From assembly GCA_964601935.1 (NCBI GenBank), contig CAZROP010000002.1, positions 7,299 through 71,298 on the forward strand: a stretch of DNA of 64,000 nucleotides. Reading direction: 5' to 3'. A model generated the notes under the pieces. The model saw only the letters and a program-made list of their open reading frames with translations. It ran no database searches and was not told the origin of the DNA. Position 1 is the stretch's first letter, and every line of letters begins with the position of its first letter. Source of the DNA: an uncultured Candidatus Saccharibacteria bacterium (GTDB lineage: Bacteria; Patescibacteriota; Minisyncoccia; Phycocordibacterales; UBA1006). The position numbers and the translations under genes were made by a program. Positions 37,361-46,958 of this stretch are shown piece after piece.

Positions 37361-37445
37361 CCCAATTTGAGCTTTCAAAAATCCTGCAAAACTTGCCTAT
37401 GGCTCGGACAGTTTCGGATTTCAGAAAGTCATAAATTGGATTGAT
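37361..37445. repeat. intergenic repeat element, copy 2
   Basis: AAATCCTGCAAAACTTGCCTATGGCTCGGACAGTTTCGGATTT with short flanking inverted repeats ccaattt / aaattgg. Confidence 0.5.
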
Positions 37446-37531
37446 TAAGTTAATGCGGTAGTCGCTTTTAATCCTATAGAATATTTGTTATCAACATGAT
37501 TTTTGGATAAAACAATGTATAGTAGTAAAGT

Positions 37532-38101
37532 ATGAAAAATATAATCCTTATCGTTGTTATTCTTGTTGCTATTGCATTATTGACCCATTTTGTGGTAAAA
37601 AAGCCGGGGACCGGAGAAGTTCTTCTCGGTGATGGTACTCAGTCTTCTCTAGATACCATCGATCCTTTATCAAATAATACGACTACATCTGTAGCACAAC
37701 AACCAACTACTATGAATACGCCATCATCAGAAACAACTCAAAAAGTAAAAATGACTACTACACCTTCCGGTCTACAGTATGGAATATTAGTATCAGGAAC
37801 CGGTGCAGAGGCTGCGTCGGGTGATTTGGTTACCGTTCATTACACGGGTACTCTGACCGATGGAACCAAATTTGATTCCAGTGTAGATCGCGGAGAGCCT
37901 GCAACATTTCCTATCGGGGTAGGGCAGTTGATCAAAGGGTGGGACGAAGGTATCCCAGGTATGAAGATTGGAGAAAAGCGCCTCCTAGTAATTCCTGGCA
38001 ATCTCGCATATGGCGCAACTCCTCCTCCAGGATCTCCTATAAAAGTAAACGACACATTAGTGTTTGAGGTAGAGCTACTAGCTGTTCAAAAAGCAAGATA
38101 G
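37532..38101 (+). CDS. membrane-anchored FKBP-type peptidyl-prolyl cis-trans isomerase
   Basis: 189 aa; TM then VTVHYTGTLTDGTKFDSS...GVGQLIKGWDEG...LVFEVELL. Confidence 0.8.
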   Translation: MKNIILIVVILVAIALLTHFVVKKPGTGEVLLGDGTQSSLDTIDPLSNNTTTSVAQQPTTMNTPSSETTQKVKMTTTPSGLQYGILVSGTGAEAASGDLVTVHYTGTLTDGTKFDSSVDRGEPATFPIGVGQLIKGWDEGIPGMKIGEKRLLVIPGNLAYGATPPPGSPIKVNDTLVFEVELLAVQKAR

Positions 38102-38139
38102 TATAAAATACATACAGTCTTCTCATAAAATCTCTTAGT

Positions 38140-38955
38140 ATGAAGAAAATAGCCAGTCATACTACGAATCGTACACGCCCACGTCGCCGTCCACCAACTG
38201 GCGAGTGGGTGTTTGCGTTGATTCTCTGCGGAATTTTATTTCTCTGTTGGGTAGTATGGGGTAGGCCGTTATCAACGGGGTCTATTAGTGTAATTTCAGA
38301 TTCCAATATTGACACTTCTGACGAGAGGGTTGATTATACGGCGCTGGAATCTATCATAGCCGACGTTGATGACATGCTGCGTCTGCCTTCGGATTTGGTC
38401 ATACATATGACTGGTTGTGATGGAGACCCGAATGCGTATTACGAGCCGGAAAAGAAAGAAGTTGTTGTCTGCACAGAGCTTATTCATGACTTTAATACGA
38501 TGTTCGAGAAGATATACGATAATCCTGTCGATGTTCGTGATGCTTCTACGAATGCGCTTGTATTTATTGCGCTACATGAAATTGGTCATGCTCTCATAGA
38601 CATTCTGGAATTACCTATCACGGGCAAGGAAGAAGACGTTGCCGATCAGTTGTCCACGTATCTACTGATTCAGGCGTTGGAGAGTGGAGGGCAGTTAGTC
38701 CTGGATGGCGCCGTATGGTTTGGTGTTGTTGCAGAGCAGTATGATGTTGCTGAAATAGACTTTGCCGATGAGCATTCACTCGACGTTCAGCGGTATTATA
38801 CGTTGGCCTGCTGGGTGTATGGTTCGGATCCGGCTACTTTTGGGGACATTGTAAGTGATGGAATACTATCACCAGAACGTGCTGAATTATGTCCAGAAGA
38901 ATTCCAGAGATTCTCGCGTAGTTGGTTAGTCTTGCTGGATGGTTATATACAATAG
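38140..38955 (+). CDS. putative HExxH zinc metallopeptidase (DUF4344-like)
   Basis: 271 aa; TM; HEIGHAL motif. Confidence 0.45.
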   Translation: MKKIASHTTNRTRPRRRPPTGEWVFALILCGILFLCWVVWGRPLSTGSISVISDSNIDTSDERVDYTALESIIADVDDMLRLPSDLVIHMTGCDGDPNAYYEPEKKEVVVCTELIHDFNTMFEKIYDNPVDVRDASTNALVFIALHEIGHALIDILELPITGKEEDVADQLSTYLLIQALESGGQLVLDGAVWFGVVAEQYDVAEIDFADEHSLDVQRYYTLACWVYGSDPATFGDIVSDGILSPERAELCPEEFQRFSRSWLVLLDGYIQ

Positions 38956-39023
38956 GGTTTAAGAGTCGACTCTGAACTTTTTGCCCTTGCTCATTTGAAA
39001 AAAATCAGTATAGTTACCATTAT

Positions 39024-39287
39024 ATGCCAAATCTAGCAGCAGCAAAAAAAGCAGTGCGCCAATCAGACGCACGACGTATAGTAAACGACAAACGCCGTCG
39101 CGCTATGCGTGAATCGGTAAAATCTCTTCGCGAAGCTGCAAAAACTAATGCCAGCACCCCTGAGCAGTTGTCCAAGGCGTTCCAAGCTCTCGACAAGGCT
39201 GCAAAACGTGGTGTTATAAAAAAAGGTACCGCAGATCGCAAAAAATCTCGCCTTTCAAAAATGGTAGCAGTTGCAACTGCAAAGTAA
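39024..39287 (+). CDS. rpsT: 30S ribosomal protein S20
   Basis: 87 aa; MPNLAAAKKAVRQSDARR... Confidence 0.85.
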   Translation: MPNLAAAKKAVRQSDARRIVNDKRRRAMRESVKSLREAAKTNASTPEQLSKAFQALDKAAKRGVIKKGTADRKKSRLSKMVAVATAK

Positions 39288-39298
39288 TGAACGTATCA

Positions 39299-39325
39299 AA
39301 TCGCCGTACCGGGGCGATTTTTGAT
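39299..39325 (+). terminator. intrinsic terminator after rpsT
   Basis: atcgcc-gtaccgg-ggcgat then TTTTT. Confidence 0.5.
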
Positions 39326-39352
39326 AAATGTAGTCTAAGTTGGATAGTTGAA

Positions 39353-39381
39353 TTGACATGTCGGTAGATGTATAGTAATAT
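39353..39381 (+). promoter_or_regulatory. near-consensus sigma70-type promoter TTGACA-17-TAATAT
   Basis: read directly; transcribes toward the 39521 ORF with about 130-nt leader. Confidence 0.5.
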
Positions 39382-39520
39382 GGTATGAGTAGTTTTTCGC
39401 GCTAGGGTAGAACAATATCGTTCATAAAAATTTCGACGTTGAAGGTTACAGACAGTAATTTTATCGTAGGAATTGAACAATGGCTTGCTTATATTTTATT
39501 GTTCACAAAAACCTTAAGCA

Positions 39521-39928
39521 ATGAAAAACTACAGATTCTTTTTCCTCAGCAGTACGGATGATGGCGGCGAGGTTATGTGCCTTAGAAGGCATAAGCCGCA
39601 TAAGCCGTACAAGTTCGCAACCTTCTTCAGTAGCATTGGAGGGTGTGGTCAGGGAGACTTCACGCTAAAGGAGGTTGTTGCTGCAATTTGCATGCACGAC
39701 ACCCACGGAGGCCTAGAGTTTTTCCCTGATGGAGATCCCGAGTCTGCATTTATCGTACACGTCGGGGATGGTGGTGATCATATCCATTTTTGGCGCGGTC
39801 GTCATCGTCGTGCGTGCGCAAGGATCGCTCGGGAGGATCATCAGGATGTATCCTGGTTAAAAGCCCTGAAGCTCTTGATCTGGCACGCGAACGAGGTGAA
39901 CTATGAGGCCTACTACGAGGAAGAGTGA
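39521..39928 (+). CDS. hypothetical His/Gly-rich protein
   Basis: 135 aa; locally GC-richer; no motif. Confidence 0.3.
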   Translation: MKNYRFFFLSSTDDGGEVMCLRRHKPHKPYKFATFFSSIGGCGQGDFTLKEVVAAICMHDTHGGLEFFPDGDPESAFIVHVGDGGDHIHFWRGRHRRACARIAREDHQDVSWLKALKLLIWHANEVNYEAYYEEE

Positions 39929-40059
39929 GAGGAAAAAAGCACAAACGCATCGACCTATTTTTAGGGTCGGTGCGGTTTTTTATTACACAACTAAATCGAG
40001 AAAGGAGAATTACTTTGAAATATGGTCAGTAGGGTGTTTTTATGGTAATGTGACACCAC

Positions 40060-41838
40060 ATGAGTACTATTAGGAACTTTTCCATAATTGCCCATATCGA
40101 CCATGGGAAGTCGACGTTGTCTGATCGTATGTTGGAAATGACCGGTACGATCGACAAGCGTAGTATGCAGGACCAGGTTCTAGATTCCATGGAGCTCGAG
40201 CGTGAGCGAGGTATCACTATCAAAATGCAGCCAGTACGCATGAAATGGAAATATTCTGGGCAGGAGTATGTTCTGAATCTCATTGACACGCCGGGACATA
40301 TTGACTTTTCTTACGAAGTATCACGAGCAATTCAGGCGGTAGAGGGGTCGCTGTTGCTAGTGGATGCTACACAGGGTGTTCAGGCACAGACATTTACGGT
40401 TTTGGAAATGGCGCGCGCGAATAATTTGGTGATTATTCCGGTGGTGACCAAGGTTGATTCTTCATTAGCGCGTGTCGATGATATCATCCTGGATCTATGT
40501 CAGCTGCTATCCTGTTCGCCGGATGATGTGATCGCGGTATCAGGAAAAACAGGTGAAGGGGTAGACACATTGTTAAATGCTGTCATTGATCGTATCCCTG
40601 CACCACAGTCATCAGCGAATGAACCTCGTGCGCTGGTATTCGATTATGAGTACAGTAGTCATCAGGGGATTATTGTCTACGCACGTATGATAGATGGCGC
40701 ATTATCAAAAGGCGACAATGTCGTATTCCGTGGTTCAGGAACACGATTCACAGTTACCGAGGTGGGGCATTTAACTCCAAAAAAACAACAACGCGATACG
40801 GTGGTGGCAGGAGAAATCGGATATATCGTGACCGGTATAAAGGATGCTGCAATAGCGGCAGTAGGAGACACTATTACGCGCACTACTTCGCAGTTACCGA
40901 TGCTGCCCGGATATCAGGCGCCAACTCCGATGATCTGGGCGAGTGTGTATCCTGAATCTCAGGATGACTTTGTGGAATTGCGCTCTGCATTGCATCGGTT
41001 AAAACTGTCTGACTCGTCTCTATCATTCGAAGAAGAAACCTCGGGGGTGTTGGGCAGAGGATTCCGTTGTGGATTTCTGGGTATGCTTCATTTAGAAATT
41101 ATTATCGAAAGGTTAAAACGTGAATACGATATAGAGCTTATCATCACGCAGCCCACCGTTACTTATCGCGTAATGACAAAGCGTGGTGTGTCTACGGATA
41201 TTTATAACCCACACATGCTCCCTGACTATGGCGATATTGAATATATCGAGGAACCCTGGGTGATGGCACATATTATTGCACCCTCGCATTATATGGGTGA
41301 CTGCATTCAGTTGTTCCATGAATTTGAAGCTGACGATCCACGTATAGAGACCCTGTATGGAGGTAGTAATACAGAACTACTGGCTGCAATGCCTCTACGA
41401 GAGCTCATGAGAAATTTCTTTGACGCGTTGAAATCTGCTACGAGCGGTTTTGCATCATTATCATACGCGCCTCTGGAGTATCGACGGGCAGACGTAGTGC
41501 GTATGGATGTGTTGGTTGCTGATGAAATCCAGCCTGCATTTACCAAGGTGGTTTCGACAAAAAAGATGCAGAAAGAGGGAGATGAATTAGTGGAGAAACT
41601 GCACAAACATATTCCTCAGCAGTTAATCGTGGTCAAGATTCAGGCTCGTGTAAATGGTCGCATCATTGCATCGCGATCTATTTCTGCTATGCGCAAGGAT
41701 GTGACGGGATATTTGTACGGAGGCGATGTGTCGCGTAAAAACAAGCTGTTGGACAAGCAGAAAAAAGGAAAGAAAAAAATGCAGGCTCGTGGTAAGGTGG
41801 ACATTCCACAAGAGGTATTTCTGAAGATGATGAAGTAG
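40060..41838 (+). CDS. lepA: elongation factor 4 (LepA)
   Basis: 592 aa; G1 AHIDHGKST, DTPGH, LepA C-terminal domain. Confidence 0.9.
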   Translation: MSTIRNFSIIAHIDHGKSTLSDRMLEMTGTIDKRSMQDQVLDSMELERERGITIKMQPVRMKWKYSGQEYVLNLIDTPGHIDFSYEVSRAIQAVEGSLLLVDATQGVQAQTFTVLEMARANNLVIIPVVTKVDSSLARVDDIILDLCQLLSCSPDDVIAVSGKTGEGVDTLLNAVIDRIPAPQSSANEPRALVFDYEYSSHQGIIVYARMIDGALSKGDNVVFRGSGTRFTVTEVGHLTPKKQQRDTVVAGEIGYIVTGIKDAAIAAVGDTITRTTSQLPMLPGYQAPTPMIWASVYPESQDDFVELRSALHRLKLSDSSLSFEEETSGVLGRGFRCGFLGMLHLEIIIERLKREYDIELIITQPTVTYRVMTKRGVSTDIYNPHMLPDYGDIEYIEEPWVMAHIIAPSHYMGDCIQLFHEFEADDPRIETLYGGSNTELLAAMPLRELMRNFFDALKSATSGFASLSYAPLEYRRADVVRMDVLVADEIQPAFTKVVSTKKMQKEGDELVEKLHKHIPQQLIVVKIQARVNGRIIASRSISAMRKDVTGYLYGGDVSRKNKLLDKQKKGKKKMQARGKVDIPQEVFLKMMK

Positions 41839-42007
41839 TCGGCACGTTTCGGTACTTGCGTTTAATAAAGATATCTGTTACTATCAAATCACTATGAATT
41901 TTATTCAGAGCACTTATCGTCATTTCCGTTGGCACACCAGCTCCCGAGGAGAGTCGATATTTGCTATGGAATAATAATTACTACTTGAATTATATTGTCT
42001 ATAGCAA

Positions 42008-42037
42008 AAACCGGCTCTTCGCGAGCCGGTTTTTGTT
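42008..42037 (+). terminator. intrinsic terminator about 170 nt downstream of lepA
   Basis: aaaaaccggctcttcgcgagccggttttt. Confidence 0.55.
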
Positions 42038-42074
42038 TTCACTGCAACTTTCACAATCAAAAATCAACAAAATA

Positions 42075-43292
42075 ATGTATCCACTCAAAATTACTGCTGA
42101 TTATTCTTTGTCTTTGCAGGACCTTATTCGCCTCCATAAGGAGGGCCACGGTGTATACCGTAGCTCCCATGCCGGGAACTGGAATATGTACAAGCTCATC
42201 CTTTCACAACTAGGTATTCCAGATTGCATATGGGACGTAACCTGTATGAATAAAGACCGCAACAATCAACCGGAATACCGAATTATGGGAGGCACGAAAG
42301 AAAAGCTTATACAGCGACCTGTCGCTGTGGGTGGGCTCAAGTACAAGTATTTGACTGCATACCAAAGAGTTGGTAGTCAAAGCTTGGCACAGTACCATGT
42401 TGCGCCGCTACTCCAGATGTATGGTTCGAATGTTATTACGACACAGTCGAGGGCATTGCTTCAGTTTCCTGATTACTTGAAACGCATCTTTGATATTGTG
42501 GCGACTTATATGCCGCAGCAATTCGGTCGTTGCGTACTGCCCTGTGGTTGCATGACTGAGCTCAAGTATGACAAAAATTGCTACAAAGCAAAGTGTGCAC
42601 ACCGATCATTAGTAGTTCCAAGAGCGGGATTGGCTGAAAGCGCCTTTGCGACTCTACAAGAGCTGGAAAGCCTTGTCTTTAACTCAGAAGGTTATGAGCC
42701 GCATGGTGGAGCCTTATATTCCTTCGAATTAGTAGTTGCTGCATATTACTTATGGAGTTACTGGAAATTTGGAGATAAGCTAATTTACGAATTAGCTGGT
42801 CCAGACATGTTAAAGTACGCAACAAAGCAAACTTTTATTGCAGGAGTTGCAAAAGTACTTAAATTACTTTCTGAGTGCGCGCCTGACCTGGTTCCTGGAC
42901 GGATTGAAGCAAAGATCGTACCTGTCACAGGATTTCGATTCGCGTACCCTACGCGAAACTACGACGCTCAGCGTGTAATGAATGCGCATGATTTGATTAA
43001 GAGGCTGCAGAAAATTAAACGAGTACATTACCTAGAAACGTACGAAAGTAGGCGCGGTATCAATGTCGCAATTACCGAGGCACTTGGTACGATTGACGCT
43101 CTCCCGTTATGGGATCTCTTTCATAATCCTGCTACAGATGCTTTTTATTCGCAGCACGATTTATTTGCTTCGGGCGATAGCCTAACTATTATGGCTGAGT
43201 TTATGGATGTTCCTCTCGGAGAGGTGAGTGAGATACTTAAAATTCAAAAGCAGCGGATTGAGCAGTTAGGCAGACACTTACTTGTTCGTTAG
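42075..43292 (+). CDS. hypothetical protein (C-terminus faintly sigma-factor region-4-like)
   Basis: 405 aa from the ATG downstream of the terminator (the ORF-track start at 41961 spans the terminator and is rejected). Confidence 0.4.
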   Translation: MYPLKITADYSLSLQDLIRLHKEGHGVYRSSHAGNWNMYKLILSQLGIPDCIWDVTCMNKDRNNQPEYRIMGGTKEKLIQRPVAVGGLKYKYLTAYQRVGSQSLAQYHVAPLLQMYGSNVITTQSRALLQFPDYLKRIFDIVATYMPQQFGRCVLPCGCMTELKYDKNCYKAKCAHRSLVVPRAGLAESAFATLQELESLVFNSEGYEPHGGALYSFELVVAAYYLWSYWKFGDKLIYELAGPDMLKYATKQTFIAGVAKVLKLLSECAPDLVPGRIEAKIVPVTGFRFAYPTRNYDAQRVMNAHDLIKRLQKIKRVHYLETYESRRGINVAITEALGTIDALPLWDLFHNPATDAFYSQHDLFASGDSLTIMAEFMDVPLGEVSEILKIQKQRIEQLGRHLLVR

Positions 43293-43383
43293 CAAGAGCC
43301 TGTAACGAAGAGTTGGATGAAAACAAATTAATTAACTGGGAGCAAGTCATGATATACTTTGGCTTGCTCCTCAATACTTTTTT

Positions 43384-44307
43384 ATGAATATAATTGATTT
43401 ACATCAAGATTTAATGTTGTATGTTACTCGTCCTAACCTGTATCCTAATGATAAAAGTCAACAGACGAGTTTTGAGCAATTAAAGAAAAATAATATAAAG
43501 GTTGTCTTAGCCTCTACTTTTGTAGTGCCTGATGATGAAAACTATTTCGACCCACTAATCAATGAAATGATTGAAAGAGATATTATTGCATATACTAACT
43601 ATTGTGAGTCTGATTCAGAGTTTACTATTATAAAAAGTAACGTTGATCTGGACCGCGCAATAGCTACAGAGGATTTATATGGAATTATCATTCACATTGA
43701 AGGATTGAATGTTTTTAATCCGGAGATTGATTGGGTAATGATCGAGAGATGGTATGAAATGGGTTTACGATCAATCGGTCCTGTGTGGAATCATACCAAT
43801 CCGTTTGGCGGCGGAACCTTTGAAGAAGGTGGTTTAACGCAGTTAGGGCGCCAACTTATTGCTTGGTGCGAACAAAGAGGAGTCATTATTGATTTAGCGC
43901 ACATGAACCAGAAAACATTTTGGGATACTGTTCAGGTGGTTACCAAACCGCTTTTTGTAAGTCATGGAAATTCATATACTGTTTGTCCAAATGTGCGTAA
44001 TTACACTGATGAACAGTTAAACAAAGTTGCTGAGACAGGAGGTTGTATTGGCATGTTCTTTTCAAAGAAGTTTTTGGGCGCTACAGAACATGGTATTGTA
44101 GAAAGTCATATTCAAAGAATTCTAGATATAGGTGGCCCCGAACTGCTCGCCATTGGATCTGATTATGGAGGTATTGTTTCGGGTTTTGCGGATGGTTTTG
44201 ATAATGTAAATTCGTTGCCGTTACTTATCCAAAGCTTGGATGAGAGTATTAGAGAAAAAGTCGCCTATCAAAATGCATTACGAGTTATATCAAAACACTT
44301 ACAATAG
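43384..44307 (+). CDS. membrane dipeptidase family protein (peptidase M19-like)
   Basis: 307 aa; IIDLAHMN, FVSHGNSY, RNYTDEQLNKVAETGGCIGM. Confidence 0.65.
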   Translation: MNIIDLHQDLMLYVTRPNLYPNDKSQQTSFEQLKKNNIKVVLASTFVVPDDENYFDPLINEMIERDIIAYTNYCESDSEFTIIKSNVDLDRAIATEDLYGIIIHIEGLNVFNPEIDWVMIERWYEMGLRSIGPVWNHTNPFGGGTFEEGGLTQLGRQLIAWCEQRGVIIDLAHMNQKTFWDTVQVVTKPLFVSHGNSYTVCPNVRNYTDEQLNKVAETGGCIGMFFSKKFLGATEHGIVESHIQRILDIGGPELLAIGSDYGGIVSGFADGFDNVNSLPLLIQSLDESIREKVAYQNALRVISKHLQ

Positions 44308-44430
44308 TTCAATAACTATAGGTCGTTCCGCGGTTTGTTTCCTGACTACTACCTACCCCGCACAGCGAACGAGGATAATTGTGAATATAAGTAGATAGTT
44401 GGTCTATACGAGTGATATACTATACATTAT

Positions 44431-45840
44431 ATGGCAGATGCAAAACCAGAAACCCCTCCTGTAGCTCCTACTCCTGGTTTTTTTGATGCGGATGCAGGAG
44501 AATGGTTATGGCGAATAGCTATTATGGCTGGAGTAGTAATTGCGCTGGTAGCGATATTCAAATTTATTGTACCAATTGTGGTTGCTGTTCCCGCCGGAAC
44601 ATGGTTCTGGAGAATGCTGATGGGGGCTATTTTGGTATTGGGGGTTTATAAGGCTGCAAAAGTATGGGTAGCATACATCCAGAATAACCATATTGAAAAT
44701 CTGAAATGGAGCTTGCTGTACGTAAAGTTACCACGTTCTGCACCGCGCTCTATAGCGGCTATGGAAATGGTGTTAAACGCGTTATGGGATACTGGTGGCA
44801 CTGGTACGTGGAGACATTTGTTTTGGGATGGTTCGGTGCGCAAATACGGAACCCTGGAAATAGTATCAGTAGAGGGCAAGATTTACTACTTCTTTCGTGT
44901 GCAGGCAGGAGTTGTTGATTTCTTAAAAGCACAAATATACGCTCAGTTTCCAGAAGCAGAAGTCACAATTGTAGATGATTATGTGAAATATGTTCCACAG
45001 TATTCAGCAAAAGACCCTGGCTGGGTGTTGAATGGATTTGAAATTGAATATGAACGAGAGGGCGAACAAATGTTTCCAATAAAAACCTATATTGATTATG
45101 GGCTAGAAAAGCCAGGCGAACCCGAAGAGCGTATCAACCCAATGGCGAATTTGTTAGAAATATTAGCTTCACTTGGACCCGGGGAACAGTATTGGATTCA
45201 GATACATGTACGTGCTGCTGCAGATCGCTATCCAGTAAAGGGTGAGTCGTATAAAAAGCAGTCCTGGCAAAAACAATTTGCAGGAAACCTGAAAGCATAC
45301 GAAGAAGAAGTAAAGAAAACAGTTCAGTCAGGTGTAGCAACAGAGATAGAATTCGGTAAAAAGCGTGTGACAGAATACATGACCGATCACGAAAAACGAA
45401 TATACGAGAGTATTCAACGTAAAATGAGCAAGCGCGCATTTGATGTCGGTATACGTTGTATCTATATTGCAAAAAAAGAGCTTGCAAAAAACTTTGCACA
45501 TGGAGCAGTAGAAGGAGCGTTACGATTGTTCAGTGCTCCGGGGCTTAATGGAATCAAGGCCATGAACGGGACATTTTTCGCTGCTCACCCGTGGAATGAT
45601 GTATTTGGTGCTGGCGGCACGGCACGTAGAGATAATTTATATAATGCATATGTAGAGCGTTCGTACTTTTACCCGCCATATAATACATGGATTGATGAAA
45701 AGCCACGTAAAATGATGCTTATGTCAGCTGAAGAAATAGTGACGCTATTCCATTTCCCTGGAGAAGAGGTATCAACAGGTAATCTGTCCCGCGTGGAAGC
45801 ACGCAAGGCACAAGCACCTGCAAATCTGCCAATTTCATAG
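44431..45840 (+). CDS. hypothetical membrane protein
   Basis: 469 aa; two N-terminal TM helices and a large soluble domain; no motif recognised. Confidence 0.4.
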   Translation: MADAKPETPPVAPTPGFFDADAGEWLWRIAIMAGVVIALVAIFKFIVPIVVAVPAGTWFWRMLMGAILVLGVYKAAKVWVAYIQNNHIENLKWSLLYVKLPRSAPRSIAAMEMVLNALWDTGGTGTWRHLFWDGSVRKYGTLEIVSVEGKIYYFFRVQAGVVDFLKAQIYAQFPEAEVTIVDDYVKYVPQYSAKDPGWVLNGFEIEYEREGEQMFPIKTYIDYGLEKPGEPEERINPMANLLEILASLGPGEQYWIQIHVRAAADRYPVKGESYKKQSWQKQFAGNLKAYEEEVKKTVQSGVATEIEFGKKRVTEYMTDHEKRIYESIQRKMSKRAFDVGIRCIYIAKKELAKNFAHGAVEGALRLFSAPGLNGIKAMNGTFFAAHPWNDVFGAGGTARRDNLYNAYVERSYFYPPYNTWIDEKPRKMMLMSAEEIVTLFHFPGEEVSTGNLSRVEARKAQAPANLPIS

Positions 45841-45852
45841 TACACTACAATT

Positions 45853-46866
45853 ATGGACACAGAACAAGAATCACAATTACCAGAGGGGTACACTGTCTCT
45901 GAAAAACTGATCCGCACAGCGTGGATACGAGAAAAAACTGCTCTGAAGATTGTATTAGGCATTGTTTTGGTGGCATGTGTACTGCTGGTACTCCTGATAA
46001 CCCCCCCAAAGCAGCCGCAGAAAATAATTATATTCCGTGTATCAGAAGGCCAGTCTGTCGCTAGTATTGCACAAAGGCTAGAACAGCAATCTCTCGTACG
46101 TTCAGGAGCATTTGTGCGTGCAGTGTTAGCAATTACACGGACATCGGATAGGGTCCGCTCGGGTGATTATATATTCCAGCCACGCGCAAACGCATTCTCT
46201 ATCGTTACCTCGCTGATTCGCGGTGACTACGGAGATGCTTATGTGTGGGTCACTATTCCTGAAGGTGCTACTAATCAGAGTATTGCATCTCTACTTAATT
46301 CTAAGATTCCTTCGATATCGCGCCAAAAATTTATAGAACTCGCAGAATCAAAAGAAGGATATCTATTCCCTGATACGTACCACTTCTCCCGCCTGTCAAC
46401 AGAAGAGGACCTAATAAAAAAAATGCATGATAATTTCCTCAGCAAAACATCTGCTTTGCGACTACAGGTAGGAACAAAGTCGTTTTCAGATGCAATTATA
46501 ATTGCATCTATGTTGGAACATGAAGCGGTTAATATTGATGATGCACGTGTAATTTCTGGAATCATTCGCAATCGATTAGCACAGAATATGCGTTTGCAGA
46601 TTGACGCCACTCTGAAGTACATAACAGGGCGAGGTAGTGCGGATATTACTCGTACGGATATGCGAAATAAATCACTGTATAATACTTATCGCTACGAGGG
46701 TTTACCGCCTGCACCTATCGGGAATCCTGGAATGGAGATGATAACAGCTGCTCTTTATCCAAATAAATCTAATTACATCTATTACCTGCACGCCCCTGAT
46801 AGAACAGCCTATTATGCGGTAACTCATCAGGATCATGTAAAGAACAAGCAGAAATACCTAAGATAA
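45853..46866 (+). CDS. mltG: endolytic murein transglycosylase MltG (YceG family)
   Basis: 337 aa; TM; EGYLFPDTY, ASMLEHEA, RNRL, LPPAPIGNPG motifs. Confidence 0.8.
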   Translation: MDTEQESQLPEGYTVSEKLIRTAWIREKTALKIVLGIVLVACVLLVLLITPPKQPQKIIIFRVSEGQSVASIAQRLEQQSLVRSGAFVRAVLAITRTSDRVRSGDYIFQPRANAFSIVTSLIRGDYGDAYVWVTIPEGATNQSIASLLNSKIPSISRQKFIELAESKEGYLFPDTYHFSRLSTEEDLIKKMHDNFLSKTSALRLQVGTKSFSDAIIIASMLEHEAVNIDDARVISGIIRNRLAQNMRLQIDATLKYITGRGSADITRTDMRNKSLYNTYRYEGLPPAPIGNPGMEMITAALYPNKSNYIYYLHAPDRTAYYAVTHQDHVKNKQKYLR

Positions 46867-46880
46867 AATATCTTTAAAGA

Positions 46881-46911
46881 AAAACCAGAGACTGTACAGT
46901 CTCTGGTTTTA
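46881..46911. terminator. bidirectional terminator between mltG and the SulP gene
   Basis: ccagagactg-ta-cagtctctgg flanked by A/T runs. Confidence 0.55.
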
Positions 46912-46958
46912 AGTATTTTCTTCACTTACATTGGTCTTTATTGTAGTTTAGTAAAGTA

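Noticed and set aside
39288-40059. Searched for tmRNA or RNase P RNA hallmarks in this long gene-poor stretch
   Set aside because: I found no tRNA-like 3' end (GGTTCGA…ACCA), no tag-peptide frame, and no RNase P P4 consensus. The promoter plus ORF interpretation is kept.
41961-42074. ORF-track start of the 443-aa frame
   Set aside because: That start would place a strong intrinsic terminator (42008-42037) inside the coding region. The ATG at 42075 downstream of the terminator is preferred.
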